From NCBI GenBank assembly GCA_031976395.1, contig DALYLJ010000001.1, positions 1-56,893 on the forward strand: a DNA stretch of 56,893 bases, given 5' to 3'. The position numbers and the translations under genes are program-made. The DNA comes from Lysobacteraceae bacterium. Its GTDB lineage: Bacteria; Pseudomonadota; Gammaproteobacteria; Xanthomonadales; Xanthomonadaceae. Below the pieces are notes generated by a model, which saw only the letters and a list, made by a program, of their open reading frames with translations, was not told the origin of the DNA and searched no databases. Shown here piece by piece: positions 1 to 11,100 of the stretch (positions are counted from its first letter, which is position 1; every line of letters begins with the position of its first letter).

Positions 1-2
1 GC

Positions 3-158
3 GAACTGAGCCAGCGCTTCGGGGTGCCGGTCCTGGCGATCGCCGGGCTGTCGGAACTGTTGCACTTCACCGCCGATCGCCCGGAACTGGCGGCCCACGC
101 CCAGGCCCTGATGCGCTATCGTGAACGCTACGGCGCAATCGAGCGAGACCCGCGATGA
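3..158 (+). CDS. pyrE: Orotate phosphoribosyltransferase, C-terminal fragment; the gene starts upstream of the window
   Basis: Frame 3 translates to ELSQRFGVPVLAIAGLSELLHFTADRPELAAHAQALMRYRERYGAIERDPR*. This aligns by eye with the E. coli PyrE C-terminus (...[27 protein letters not shown]). The stop TGA at 156-158 overlaps the next ATG as ATGA. Confidence 0.75.
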   Translation, partial: ELSQRFGVPVLAIAGLSELLHFTADRPELAAHAQALMRYRERYGAIERDPR

Positions 159-901
159 GAATCGTCCTTGCAACCCTCACTTCCGTGATCGCCCTGACCC
201 TGGCACTGCCGGCCCACGGTCAGAAGCTCTATCGCTGGGTCGATGAGAACGGCAATGTCCACTACAGCGACTCTCTGCCACCGGAGGCCGTCGATCAGGC
301 GCGGCGCGAGCTCAGCAAGACCAGCGGCACGACCACTGCCCAGATCGATCGCGCCCTGACCGCCGAAGAACGTGCTGCCGCGCAGGCCGAGGCCGAGCGC
401 GAGGCGGTCATTGCCGCCGAGGCTGAACTGCGCCGACAGTACGATCAACGCCTGCTCCAGTCCTATCCGAACGAAAGCGATCTCACTCGGGCATTCAACG
501 ATCGCCTGAAGATGCTGGATGAGGCCATCAAGTCGGCCGATGTCGGCATCGAATCCCAGCAGTATGTACTGGCCAGTCTGCTCAACGACGCCGCTGATCG
601 TGAGCTCGCCGGCGAGCGGGTTCCGTTGACCGTCGAAGAAGCCGCCCGCGATGCCCAGGCCAAGCAGCAGCAGCTCTACGCCCTGCAGCAGCAGCGGGAA
701 GCCGAACGTGCTGCGATCGAGCAGGATTACGAGGAAGCACTCGAACGCTATCGCCTGCTGGTCGCCGAACGTGAGGGTGGCCAGCCCGAGGAGCAGCCGT
801 CACCGGCTACGGGCAGTGCAGCCGATGGCAGCACGAGCGATCACGACGCAACCGATACCGACACTGGCGAACAGCCACTGGTCAGCGACAGCGGCGGCTG
901 A
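155..901 (+). CDS. DUF4124 domain-containing secreted protein with a coiled-coil, Ala/Glu/Gln-rich C-terminal part
   Basis: Signal peptide MRIVLATLTSVIALTLALPAHG. It is followed by the DUF4124 signature QKLYRWVDENGNVHYSDSLPPE. The rest is low-complexity and helical. Confidence 0.75.
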   Translation: MRIVLATLTSVIALTLALPAHGQKLYRWVDENGNVHYSDSLPPEAVDQARRELSKTSGTTTAQIDRALTAEERAAAQAEAEREAVIAAEAELRRQYDQRLLQSYPNESDLTRAFNDRLKMLDEAIKSADVGIESQQYVLASLLNDAADRELAGERVPLTVEEAARDAQAKQQQLYALQQQREAERAAIEQDYEEALERYRLLVAEREGGQPEEQPSPATGSAADGSTSDHDATDTDTGEQPLVSDSGG

Positions 902-1002
902 GCCCGCACGGCCGGCAACCGCCATCACCGGGCGATCCGCTCCGGTCCGTCCGCTCGCTGCGATCCGATCGGGTGGGCACCAGTTCCACCCGGCGAATGG
1001 GT

Positions 1003-3384
1003 TCAGAACGGCAACGTCATGCTCGGCGCGACCGCCAGCAGACGCTCCCGGAACAGGTTCTGGATGCGTGCCAGGGCGACGCCGTCGTTGGCCTCGAACC
1101 GCAGCACCAGCACCGGGGTGGTGTTTGACGCCCGGACCAGTCCCCAGCCATCCGGCCAGTCGGCACGGACGCCATCGATGGTCGAGATGCGCGCGCCCTC
1201 GAAACCACCCTGCGCCAGGATGCGTTGGATCAGGGACGGTCCCTGACCCTCGACGACATCGACCTTGAGTTCCGGGGTCGCCACGCCCTCGGGCAGGGCT
1301 GCAAACACCTCATCGGCCGTCTCCGGGCTGGTCGCCAGAATTTCCAACAGCCGTGCCGCCGCATAGACGCCATCGTCGAAGCCATACCAGCGTTCGCGGA
1401 AGAAGAAGTGGCCACTCATCTCACCGGCCAGTTCGGCTTCGGTCTCGCGCATCTTGGCCTTCATCAGCGAATGACCGGTCTTCCACATCACCGGGCTGCC
1501 GCCATGGCGCAGGATATGGGCGGCGAGCTGGCCGGTGCATTTGACATCGTAGATCACGCAGGCGCCAGGGTTGCGCGCCAGGACATCCTGGGCGAACAGC
1601 ATCAGCACCCGATCCGGATAGATGATCTTGCCGGACGGGGTGACCACGCCGAGACGATCGCCATCGCCATCAAGGGCGATGCCGACATCGGCGCCCAGTC
1701 GCTGGGTCATGCCGATCAGATCAGTGAGGTTCTCGGGCTCGCTGGGGTCCGGATGATGGTTCGGGAAATCGCCATCGACCTCGCAGTACAGCGATACCAC
1801 TTCGCAACCGATCGCCTCCAGCACGGCAGGCGCGGTCGCCCCGGCGACACCATTGCCGCAATCGACCACCACCTTGAGTCGGCGCTCGACCTGGACATCG
1901 TCGGCAATCCGCTGGACATAGGCATCGGCGACCGTCTCCAGCCTGAGATCACCGGGCCGGTCGGCGCTGTGCAGTCGGTCCTCGGCGATCCGGGCATACA
2001 GATCCTGGATCGCCTCGCCGTGCAGGGTCTCGCCGCCAACCACGATCTTGAAACCGTTGTAGTCGGGCGGATTGTGGCTGCCGGTGACCGAAACCCCGCA
2101 GCCGGTGCGCAGGTGGAAACCGGCGAAATAGACCATCGGGGTGGCCGCCTGACCGATGTCGATCACGTCGCGACCGGTCGCCCGCAAGCCCTCGATCAGG
2201 GCAGCAGCCAGCGCGGGGCCGGAATGCCGGCCGTCGCGACCGACCACGATCTGGCGCAGGCCCTGATCGTGCATCAGGCTGCCGATCGCCTGGCCGAGAA
2301 ACCGGGCGACCCGCTCGTCCAGGTTCTTGCCGACGATGCCGCGCACATCGTAGGCCCTGAAGATGCTGCGTTCGATATCGACATTGCTCGCCTTCGGCCG
2401 GGCCGCCGACGTCGTGGCGGACGGCGAACTGCTGCGCAAGGTTTCGGCGAAGGTCGCTTCGACCGACTCCGCTTCGGCACGCGGCGGCTGGCGCGCCAGG
2501 ACGACCGCGAGCCCCGCCACCAGCAGCAGGATCGCACCGATCAACATCGCCGGGGCGCCGGACACTGGCAAGGTCGCCGGAGCCGGAGCCGCCGCCACCA
2601 GACGCCAGGGCAGATCGGTCATCGTCACCGACTTGAGCTCGGCGATCTGCGCCAATGCCGCATCACCGTGCTGGGCGATCAGGGTGCGGCCCTGCTTGAT
2701 GCCGAGGAAGCCACCGGCCGGAACCAGTTCGATCAGATGGGCTGCCAGCGTATCGATCGGCACCTCGGCGATCGCCACCCCGAGCACCCGACCATCGGCA
2801 TCGACCCGACGCGCCAGGGCCAGCATCGGCGCCGACTGCCCCTTGACCACACGCACCACCACGTCGGTGCCGAGCAGAGCCTGGTGCATCAGGGCCAGCC
2901 GGCCGAACGATGGCCGACGGCCCTCGGTGTTCAATTCGGTACTGAGATCCGGAGCATGACACTCGACGGCCGACAGCTCCGGCCACAGCCGTTTGACCAC
3001 GGCGGCTGCGCCGGTGTAGTCGGCCGCTTGCAGGGCGGCAACCACATCGCTCGCGCTGGCAGTGGCGTCGAACTGCACGCGCAGGGCATCGACATCGCTG
3101 CGCAGGACGTCGGCGAGCCGATCGCGCTGCTCGACGATCGCATGATCGAGGCGGTCGGCGCTGCTCTCGCGCCAACCCAGCCAGAGCAGGACACCCCCCA
3201 GCACCAGGGCCATCGCCGCTGCCGGCAGCAGCCAGCGGTGCAAGGTGACCGGCACCGACAGCCGGGACACCACTCCGGCGAGCGCGGAGCTGGCAGAACC
3301 GGCATCCGGCGCAGGTAAGGCCGGCTCGGTCGGAGGCTGCTGGTCTGGCGATCGGGTCATGCGCTGCTCACTGCTGTCGTTCAT
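1003..3384 (-). CDS. algC: Phosphomannomutase/phosphoglucomutase, long form with an N-terminal two-TM/periplasmic extension
   Basis: The C-terminal ~460 aa is a typical alpha-D-phosphohexomutase. It has IFRAYDVRGIVG, the active-site loop SVTGSHNPPDYNGFKIV, the Mg loop GIALDGDGDRLGVV and GEMSGHFFF. The N-terminal ~330 aa contains two hydrophobic helices flanking ~230 aa. An internal start cannot be excluded. Confidence 0.85.
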   Translation of the reverse strand: MNDSSEQRMTRSPDQQPPTEPALPAPDAGSASSALAGVVSRLSVPVTLHRWLLPAAAMALVLGGVLLWLGWRESSADRLDHAIVEQRDRLADVLRSDVDALRVQFDATASASDVVAALQAADYTGAAAVVKRLWPELSAVECHAPDLSTELNTEGRRPSFGRLALMHQALLGTDVVVRVVKGQSAPMLALARRVDADGRVLGVAIAEVPIDTLAAHLIELVPAGGFLGIKQGRTLIAQHGDAALAQIAELKSVTMTDLPWRLVAAAPAPATLPVSGAPAMLIGAILLLVAGLAVVLARQPPRAEAESVEATFAETLRSSSPSATTSAARPKASNVDIERSIFRAYDVRGIVGKNLDERVARFLGQAIGSLMHDQGLRQIVVGRDGRHSGPALAAALIEGLRATGRDVIDIGQAATPMVYFAGFHLRTGCGVSVTGSHNPPDYNGFKIVVGGETLHGEAIQDLYARIAEDRLHSADRPGDLRLETVADAYVQRIADDVQVERRLKVVVDCGNGVAGATAPAVLEAIGCEVVSLYCEVDGDFPNHHPDPSEPENLTDLIGMTQRLGADVGIALDGDGDRLGVVTPSGKIIYPDRVLMLFAQDVLARNPGACVIYDVKCTGQLAAHILRHGGSPVMWKTGHSLMKAKMRETEAELAGEMSGHFFFRERWYGFDDGVYAAARLLEILATSPETADEVFAALPEGVATPELKVDVVEGQGPSLIQRILAQGGFEGARISTIDGVRADWPDGWGLVRASNTTPVLVLRFEANDGVALARIQNLFRERLLAVAPSMTLPF

Positions 3385-3456
3385 GGCTTGCCCTCGGAAC
3401 AGATTCCGCCGAAGCCGGCACTCCGGACCCTACCCACCGCACCGGAGACCGTCGAG

Positions 3457-3480
3457 CGGCGTCGCATTCATGCGACGCCG
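3457..3480 (-). other. Perfect 11-bp-arm palindrome (cggcgtcgcat/atgcgacgccg) spanning the dut stop codon
   Basis: Read directly from the sequence. No U-tract follows on the minus strand, so it is more likely an RNA stem-loop or attenuator between dut and algC than a classical terminator. Confidence 0.35.
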
Positions 3481-3929
3481 GTATGGCCGAAGCCGCCGAC
3501 ACCACGTCGGCTGTCCTCGGCGAAGCCGGTCACCGTCTCGAACCGGGCACGCGCCACCGGCATCAACACCAACTGGGCGATCCGATCGCCCGCTGTGATG
3601 GTAAGCGGCTGCGACGACCGGTTCCAGCAACTGATCAGCAGCGGACCTTGATAATCGGAATCGATCAGGCCGACCAGATTGCCCAGCACCAGCCCCTTGT
3701 CATGCCCGAGACCCGAGCGCGGCAGGATCATGGCGCACAGGCCCGGATCGGCGATATGGATGGCAATGCCACTGGGCACCAGGACACTGGCACCCGGCAG
3801 CACCTCCAACGAGCCATCGACCATCGCCCGCAGATCGATGCCGGCGGCACCGGCCGTGGCGTAGTCGGGCAGGGGAAACTCCCGACCCAGGCGCGGATCG
3901 AGCACACGCAGGGCGATCGACCGGCTCAA
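3468..3929 (-). CDS. dut: dUTP diphosphatase
   Basis: This is the last 153 codons of track ORF 3468..4811: (M)[34 protein letters not shown]...GRGGFGHTG-like tail. It matches E. coli Dut ([32 protein letters not shown]). I propose a TTG start at 3929 that overlaps the coaBC stop as TTGA. Confidence 0.9.
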   Translation of the reverse strand: MSRSIALRVLDPRLGREFPLPDYATAGAAGIDLRAMVDGSLEVLPGASVLVPSGIAIHIADPGLCAMILPRSGLGHDKGLVLGNLVGLIDSDYQGPLLISCWNRSSQPLTITAGDRIAQLVLMPVARARFETVTGFAEDSRRGVGGFGHTGVA

Positions 3930-5143
3930 CGGCCCTGCCCTCGCCGCTCGGCGATCAGGGCCAGCAGCCCGCGTGCGACCTCGGCCTTGCTGGCGGCCGG
4001 CAGTTCGGCCCGACCATCGCACCAGAACACCGACAGGGCATTGGTCTCGCAATCGAAACCCTGGCCGGTCACCCCGACCCGATTGGCGGCGATCATGTCG
4101 AGCTTCTTGCGGGTCAGCTTGTCGCAGGCATAGTGCTCCAGATCGCAGGTCTCGGCCGCGAAGCCAACCACGAATGGCCGATCCGGCCGGGCCGCGACCT
4201 CGGCCAGAATATCGACCGTGCGGGTCAACACCAGTTGCAGATTTTCCGAACCGGTCTTCTTGATCTTCTCGCCGCTCACCTGGGCCGGGGTGTAATCGGC
4301 AACCGCAGCAGCGGCGATGAAGACATCCTGGCCGGCCACCTGGGTAGCGACCGCATCGCGCATCTGGGCCGCGCTGCGGACATCGATCCGGGACACCCCC
4401 ACCGGTGTCGGCAGATGCACCGGCCCGGCCACCAGGGTGACCTGGGCACCGGCCCGCGCCGCCTGCTCGGCGATCGCGAAGCCCATGCGCCCCGAACTGC
4501 GATTGCCGAGAAACCGCACCGGATCGAGATCCTCGAAGGTCGGCCCAGCGTTGACCAGCAGGCGCAGGCCGCGCAGCGAGGTCAGGCGCGGATCGCCGGC
4601 CACACGATCGACCAGGGCGGTGACGATCTCGCCCGGCTCCAGCATCCGTCCGGGACCGACCTCGCCGCACGCCTGATCGCCGACCCCCGGACCCAGCACC
4701 TCGGCGCCACGCCCGCGCAGCAGGGCGATATTGGCCTGGGTCGCCGGATTGGCCCACATCACCCGATTCATGGCCGGCGCCAGCAGGATCGGCGCCTCGG
4801 TGGCCAAGCACAGGGTCGCCAGCAGGTCATCGGCCAGGCCATGGGCGATGCGGGCGATCAGGTCGGCGCTGGCCGGCGCCAGCAGCACCCGACTGGCCCA
4901 GCGGGCCAATTCGATGTGGCCCATCGCCGCCTCGGCGGCCGGATCCCACAAGGTGGTCCGGACCGGATGCCCGGACAGCGCCTGGAAGGTGGTCGCCGTA
5001 ATGAATCGTTCGGCACCGGCAGTCATCACCACCCGCACCGAAGCACCGGCCGCGACCAGCCGCCGAACCAGATCGGCACTCTTGTACGCAGCGATTCCGC
5101 CGCCCACACCTAGCAGTATCCGCTCCCCATCCAGCGCTGGCAC
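3926..5143 (-). CDS. coaBC: Bifunctional phosphopantothenoylcysteine decarboxylase/phosphopantothenate-cysteine ligase
   Basis: 405 aa with a GTG start. The N-terminal flavoprotein motif is [21 protein letters not shown]. The C-terminal CoaB domain has [16 protein letters not shown]. The coaBC-dut order is conserved. Confidence 0.93.
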   Translation of the reverse strand: MPALDGERILLGVGGGIAAYKSADLVRRLVAAGASVRVVMTAGAERFITATTFQALSGHPVRTTLWDPAAEAAMGHIELARWASRVLLAPASADLIARIAHGLADDLLATLCLATEAPILLAPAMNRVMWANPATQANIALLRGRGAEVLGPGVGDQACGEVGPGRMLEPGEIVTALVDRVAGDPRLTSLRGLRLLVNAGPTFEDLDPVRFLGNRSSGRMGFAIAEQAARAGAQVTLVAGPVHLPTPVGVSRIDVRSAAQMRDAVATQVAGQDVFIAAAAVADYTPAQVSGEKIKKTGSENLQLVLTRTVDILAEVAARPDRPFVVGFAAETCDLEHYACDKLTRKKLDMIAANRVGVTGQGFDCETNALSVFWCDGRAELPAASKAEVARGLLALIAERRGQGR

Positions 5144-5239
5144 GTCAGAAAAATCCTACCCGTGAAGAAGCCGTTAGCTTACCCGATGGCGGGCGCATTC
5201 AGGATGCCGGCCCACCCCCGTGCGATCGATACTGTGGTC

Positions 5240-5914
5240 ATGGACATCCGACAATGGCCCTCCGGGGAACGCCCCCGGGAACGCTTGCTCGAACGGGGCG
5301 CGAGCACTCTTTCCGATGCCGAACTGCTGGCGATCTTCCTCGGCTCCGGTCGCAACGGGCTGGATGCGGTCGCCCTCGGCCGGCAGTTGATCGCTCGACA
5401 CGGCTCACTGCGCAGCCTGCTGGACCTCAGTCCGAGCAGACTGGCAGCCGAACCCGGACTCGGACCGGCCAGCGCCTGTCGCCTGAAGGCCGCGCTGGAA
5501 CTGGCCACCCGCCACCTGGGCGAATCCCTGCAACGCGGCGAACCACTGACCAATGCCGAGCGCGCCGGTGATTATTTCAGCCACCGTCTGCGTGGGTTCG
5601 CCCACGAGGTGTTCGCCTGCCTGTTCCTGGATACCCGACACCGGCCGATCGCCTTCGAGGAATTGTTCCGAGGCACCGTCGATGGTGCCGAGGTGCATCC
5701 ACGGGAAGTGGTCAAGCGCTGCCTGAACTACAACGCCGCCGCCATCATCCTCGGTCACAACCACCCGAGCGGCATCGCCGAGCCGAGCGCGGCCGATCGA
5801 TCGGTCACCGAACGCCTGCGCCGAGCATTGGAACTGATCGGCGTGCGCCTGCTCGATCACTTCATCATCGGTGACGGGCCACCGGTATCGATGGCCGAGC
5901 GCGGCTGGGTGTAG
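5240..5914 (+). CDS. radC: RadC-family (JAMM-like) DNA repair protein
   Basis: MDIRQWPSGERPRERLLERGASTLSDAELLAIFLGSG is the typical RadC N-terminus. The JAMM motif HNHPSG is present. I trimmed the track ORF 5162..5914 to the ATG at 5240, which gives 224 aa as in E. coli YicR. Confidence 0.88.
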   Translation: MDIRQWPSGERPRERLLERGASTLSDAELLAIFLGSGRNGLDAVALGRQLIARHGSLRSLLDLSPSRLAAEPGLGPASACRLKAALELATRHLGESLQRGEPLTNAERAGDYFSHRLRGFAHEVFACLFLDTRHRPIAFEELFRGTVDGAEVHPREVVKRCLNYNAAAIILGHNHPSGIAEPSAADRSVTERLRRALELIGVRLLDHFIIGDGPPVSMAERGWV

Positions 5915-6038
5915 CCGTCGGATGCGGGTCGACACCCGGTCGATCGCAGCGGGTTTCGGCTGCCGAGATCGGCCGCGCGGCAACCGACCTGCTGGCTGGC
6001 CGCGATCGATGATCAGCGGCGAGCATGCTCAGCGCAGC

Positions 6039-6071
6039 AATGACGAGGCCGGCGGATCGCCGGCCTCGTCA
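6039..6071. terminator. Strong GC hairpin between convergent genes; candidate bidirectional terminator
   Basis: atgacgaggccggcg-gat-cgccggcctcgtcat gives a 15-bp perfect stem with a 3-nt loop. It lies in the radC / secreted-protein convergent gap. It has no clear T-tract. Confidence 0.5.
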
Positions 6072-6164
6072 TGTCCGTGTTCGTGCCGGACGGGCCATCG
6101 CATTCATCCTCGATGGCGGCCATCCGTGGCCATTCCCATCATCCTGAACGCCCGGAAGCGCTGA

Positions 6165-7940
6165 TTACGGGTTGACGCCCACGGTCCAACCCAGCGTCCA
6201 GTTGTCGTTGGCGCTGTCACCCGCGAAGGCACCGGCATAGTCGGTCGGGACGAACCAGTCGTTGGTCGGGTTGAAGGGACGATTCAGCAACGGCGAACCC
6301 GCAGTCGGCAGGAAGCCGGCGGTCAGACCGAGGCTGGCGGCGCTGGCATTGCCCGACTGAGCGTTGAACCAGGCATCCGCCGTAAACGCAGGCGCGGTGC
6401 CGGCGGTACGGAAGTTGTTGCTGCAACTGATGACACTGCCCTGCATCGTGGTGATGCCGCTCAGGTTGGCCGGTGTGCCGGCGGCGGCGAACGTGGCATC
6501 GTCCTGCAATGCGATGCAGGAGCGGGTGAAACCGGTCACCGCCAGATTCCAGAAATTGCCGCCGCTGCCTTCCTTGAGCTGCACGCCATCGGTGGTCCGG
6601 CTGGCCTGCGGATTGCCGATCAGGGTCAGGTTGGCCACTTGGCCCCGAGCGCGCGGCAGTGCGTCGAAGGCGGTCGGCGAGTTGGCCAACTCCATGCCGT
6701 GGTCCTCACCCGAGCAACCGCGCTGGGCGACCAGGCCGAACTGAAGCTTTCCGGTATAACCGAAATCCCAGTCGAAGCTGTCGTCGCCACCGCAGACATC
6801 GACGAAATACTTCACGTTCACCGTACCACCGAAGAACTCGATCGCGTCGTCGGCACCGAAGAACGATTGCAGGTTCTCCAGCACCGTGCCCGAGCCGACC
6901 CCAGCCAGGGTGAACGAGTTCAGTTCGCGGTTGGAGGCGAACACGAATCCGGCATAACGGACCTGCATGTAGCGGACCACGCCGCTGTCGTCATTGGCGA
7001 TGTCGCCACCGAACGGCAGGGTCGGATCCCACTCGGCGATGCAGTTCGGATTGCAATTGGCCGGGGCATTGCCGGCGATCGCCAGACCGCCGATGTCGCG
7101 TGGCGACGGCTCGCCGTCGGCACCCGGCAACTCGAACGGGCTGGTGAACACGATCGGGGCATCCTTGCGGCCCTGGGCGTAGATCTTCGAGCCACGCGAA
7201 ATGGCGATGTGGTCGAAGGTGTCGCCGGTGCCGACGATCAGGGTGCCCGGCTCGATGTTGAGGATCGACTGCTGGGTGTTGTCGCCGCCGATGCCGAGCT
7301 TGCCCTCGATCACCCAGGTGGTGTCATTGGTGAGGGTGATTTCCTGGCCGAGGATATTGCCGCTCAGCGCACAGGCACGGTCCACGCCGGCGACCGGGGT
7401 GGCGAAACTCGGGCAGCCCGCGAAGGCATTCTGGTACACGCACTGATTGGCCAGGGTGTCCGGGCTGGCGGCGCCGGTGGCCGTCGGAATGTAGTCATAG
7501 GTGACGTCGTCGAAGCCACTGTCGGCATCCATGTCGAGCACGACCGTCATGGCGTTGCAGCTATCGATGGTGACCCGAGCGGTACCGATCCGATCGACGC
7601 CGGGCGTCGCCGGGGTCGGCCAGGTACCTGCGGCCACGCGGAAGATGGCTGCGTCGAACTCGAACGCGAACTCACCGAGCGGATCGCTCTGGATGCTCAC
7701 CCAGAACGGATTGCCCTGGTTGTCGTAGGTGAAGGCAGCACCGAAGAACACACCACGCGGGCGCTCGTTGACGGCGGTCAGCGGCACATAGTCAACGGCC
7801 AGACCGCGACCGTTCTGGCTGGGATTGAACCAGTTGCCATCGAAGGCATCGGACAGGCGCACGGCCGCGTCGGCCGTACCGACGGCCAAGCCACCAGCCA
7901 CACAGGCGGCCAGTGTGCAGAAACGAAGGGTGGAAGTCAT
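6165..7940 (-). CDS. Secreted hypothetical protein, Gly/Asn/Thr-rich, possibly beta-helical
   Basis: Clear Sec signal peptide MTSTLRFCTLAACVAGGLAVGTADA. Codon usage and composition are coding-like. I recognise no family. It lies 230 bp downstream of the TonB-dependent receptor on the same strand. Confidence 0.7.
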   Translation of the reverse strand: MTSTLRFCTLAACVAGGLAVGTADAAVRLSDAFDGNWFNPSQNGRGLAVDYVPLTAVNERPRGVFFGAAFTYDNQGNPFWVSIQSDPLGEFAFEFDAAIFRVAAGTWPTPATPGVDRIGTARVTIDSCNAMTVVLDMDADSGFDDVTYDYIPTATGAASPDTLANQCVYQNAFAGCPSFATPVAGVDRACALSGNILGQEITLTNDTTWVIEGKLGIGGDNTQQSILNIEPGTLIVGTGDTFDHIAISRGSKIYAQGRKDAPIVFTSPFELPGADGEPSPRDIGGLAIAGNAPANCNPNCIAEWDPTLPFGGDIANDDSGVVRYMQVRYAGFVFASNRELNSFTLAGVGSGTVLENLQSFFGADDAIEFFGGTVNVKYFVDVCGGDDSFDWDFGYTGKLQFGLVAQRGCSGEDHGMELANSPTAFDALPRARGQVANLTLIGNPQASRTTDGVQLKEGSGGNFWNLAVTGFTRSCIALQDDATFAAAGTPANLSGITTMQGSVISCSNNFRTAGTAPAFTADAWFNAQSGNASAASLGLTAGFLPTAGSPLLNRPFNPTNDWFVPTDYAGAFAGDSANDNWTLGWTVGVNP

Positions 7941-8170
7941 TGCATGGCTCCTGGGGAAAGATCATGTTGTCAGTGGCGCATGGGTGCGCCGACGGGGACC
8001 GCGATGGCCGTCCACCACTTTAGGAAGCCTGTGTTACAGGAGTGTGGCGCCCGGCCCGCCGGCGAGACGTTCGGTCGGCGCGTCGGGTTGGCAACCGAGC
8101 CTGCCGGCCAGCATCCAGGTGACCCGGTATTGCACCGGACATTGCACCCGGCACGGTCACGACATCGGGA

Positions 8171-11100
8171 TCAGAACGGGCTCCACTCGACCGTCAGACC
8201 GATCTCGCGGCCCTTGCGGAACTCGCGCACGGTCTCCGACCCCTGGGTGAACTCCGACTTCGGGTCGAGCAGATTGCGCAATCGCAATGACACCCGCCAG
8301 TCGTCGCCGAACTGGCGGCGGTAGCCGAGATCGAGTTGACCGAACGGCTGTTCGAGGATATCCGGAGCGCCATCGACCCCAACCTGAGAAATCCGGGCAC
8401 CCGAGGTGTTGTACAGCAGGGTGAACTGGTTGATGCCCTCGGGGTCTTGGTAGCCGAGTTGCAGATTCACCACGTACCGCGACTGGCCTTCCAGCGGTCG
8501 GATCAGGTTGGTGTTGATGCCGGATTGCTCCGGGTCGAGCCGGACCTCCGAGTCGATCCAGGCATAGTTGGCGCCGATGCTGAAATTGCTCCAGTCCGGC
8601 GCGGCAAGGCCAATCCGGCCCAGCCACGAATCCTGATCGATCCAGCGATCGAGGAAACTCAGGCTCTTGAACAGATCGAACTCGACACCCTGGTTGATGG
8701 CGCCCTCGGCATTGGCCACGGTGATGATCGGATCGCCACTGCCGGGGGTGAGCTGCTTCTCGATCGGGTCGTCGAATTCCTTGCGGAACAGGGCCAGCGA
8801 CAGGCTCTCGGTCGGCGAAAAGTAATACTCCCAGCGCGCGTCGTAATTGGTGATGCGGGTCTGCCGCAGGTTGGGATTACCGAAGGCCAGTTGATCGAGC
8901 AGCGGGTCAACGAACTGGGCCGGGGTCAGCTCGCGAAAATCCGGGCGCGACAGGGTCTCGCTGTACCCCAGGCGAAGCTGCTGGTTACCGGTGATCCACC
9001 AGGTGGCGGCCGCCGACGGCAGACGATCGACTTCATCGATGGTTGCAACCAGCGGCGGATCATTGGGATTGATCACCGAGAAGGTGACCACGTTCTGCAG
9101 GTTGTCCTCCTCGCGCAGGCCGCCGACCAACCGCACCCGATCGAACAGATTGAGGTCGAGGGTGACGGCGCGGTAATCGAGCGCCTGCTCGGCGAAATAG
9201 GTGTCGGTACGCGCCGTCTGTTCGGTGAGCACGAAACCACGCGGACCGATGTTCTCGTCGGCAAAGATCAATCCGGGCGTCGGCAGGCGCAACACCGCCG
9301 GGTCGAGGAAGCGCGAGGCGACGAAGCTGAAGCGGCGGATGAAGGAATCGCGCTCGCGATCCACGGCGCCCTTGACCAGACCCAGACTCGCCGAAAGACC
9401 GTTGTCGAAGGCGACCGGAATGCGCAGATGGGCTTCCCAGTTGCGGCTGTCGTCGCTCAGATCCTCGAACCGGAACAGGTTGCCATCGGCGGCAGCCGAA
9501 AATACCCGTTCGCCGGCTTCGTTGAAATCGAAGCGCAGGTCGCTGCCGCCCGGCGCATAGCGGCCGGCGGCGGCCTGGGTGTAATGCCAATCCAGTTCCA
9601 GCGGCTGCAGGGGCGAGGCGAACGGCAGGGGAATCCGGTGCTCGCCCGAGGATTGACTGACCTTGAGGTCGTTCTCGATCCACTCGATCAGGTTGCGCTC
9701 CAGCACCTGGCTATCGACCTCGCCGGTGGTGATCCGCAGTTCTTCCTCGGTCTGGCGAACCAGGGTACGGCCGAAACGAACCGTGTGCAGATCGCCGTAC
9801 TCGATGCCGAAGGCCGCGTAGCCGCTCAGATCGTACTCGCGGATGCTGCGTTGCAGTTCGGTCTGGCCGCGCAGGGCCAGGCCGGCATCGGAACTTCGGA
9901 AGGTGCGGCGAATCTCGTCCCGGTTGTCGCGGCCGTTGCCATAGCGCATGGCCGCGATCAGGCCGATCGACCACTGTTCGCCCAGATTCAATCGATAGCC
10001 GCCGGACAGGCCGAGGCTGCCGTTCGGAGCATTGCGGCTGCGACCGATGTCCAGACTGCGGCTCAGCAGAGCCTCGCCGACCGCCTCGATCTCACCGGCG
10101 CTCAGTCCGTCCGGGGTGAACGGTCCGCGCGCACGCAGAAACCGTCCGGCCTCGCGCAGTTCACGCAGCACCTCGGGCTCGGCCCGAGTCCCATCGTCGA
10201 ATCCGGTGAAATCGCGTCCACCGCCGTCGAGGTCGAGGCCATCGGCGAAGGTGGTGCCATCAATGACCGTGCCGCCAACCGAAATCTTCAGGAACGGCGC
10301 TTCCGGCACGCCTACGGTGCGCAGTTGGATGGTGCCACCGCCGAACTCGCCAGGCATTTCCGGAGAGAAGGTCTTCTGCACCACCACGCCTTGCAGGATG
10401 CTGGTCGGAAACAGATCCAGCGGCACCACGCGACGGGTCGGATCGGGACTGGGAATCTGGGCACCGTTGAACAACACGCTGGAATAGCGCTCGCCGAGTC
10501 CGCGCACGAACACGAATTTGCCATCGATCAAGGTCAGCCCGGTGACCCGCTTGAGCGCACCGGCGGCATCGGAATCGCCAGCCCGTGATATCTGCTCGGC
10601 CCCGAGGATGTCGGTGACCGCCGAGGAATTGCGCCGCTCCTCGACGAAGGCCGCCAGCGAGCCTTCGATGAACGGTTCGAGCACGACGAACTCGGGCAGT
10701 TCCAGTCCGGCCGGGGTCAGTTCAACATCACGCACGGTGGCCTGTTCGGCCACGATCGCGACCGCATTGAGGGTCTGGGCGCCGAACTGCGGGGCGATCA
10801 CCGACAGCGCATAGCGGCCGGCGGGCAGCGGAATCCGGTAGCGCCCCTCGGCGTCGGTGACCACATCCAGCGGGGTGCCGGCAACGAACACGCGGGCACC
10901 GACCACCGGGCTGCCGTCCTCGGCGCTGATCACCCGGCCGGTCAGTTCACCCGGCGGACCGGACGCCGCTGTGGCGGCTTCGCCCTCGCCGACCTGCGCG
11001 CCCTGGCGCGAGCTTTCGATGAACACGCTGGGTGCGGCATCGGGATAGAGCGTGGCGACGATCTCGGCACTCTCCTGCGCGGCCAGATCGAGGTCGAGTG

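Noticed and set aside
1225-3318. 697-aa plus-strand ORF
   Set aside because: It is antisense to algC. It is Arg/Gly/His/Gln-rich and has no motifs.
3468-4811. 447-aa minus-strand ORF taken at face value
   Set aside because: Only the last 153 codons are dut. The upstream 290 codons are an out-of-frame read through coaBC, giving an Arg/Gly-rich product.
8336-10588. 750-aa plus-strand ORF
   Set aside because: It is antisense to the TonB-dependent receptor, which has plug and beta-barrel hallmarks and a C-terminal Phe.
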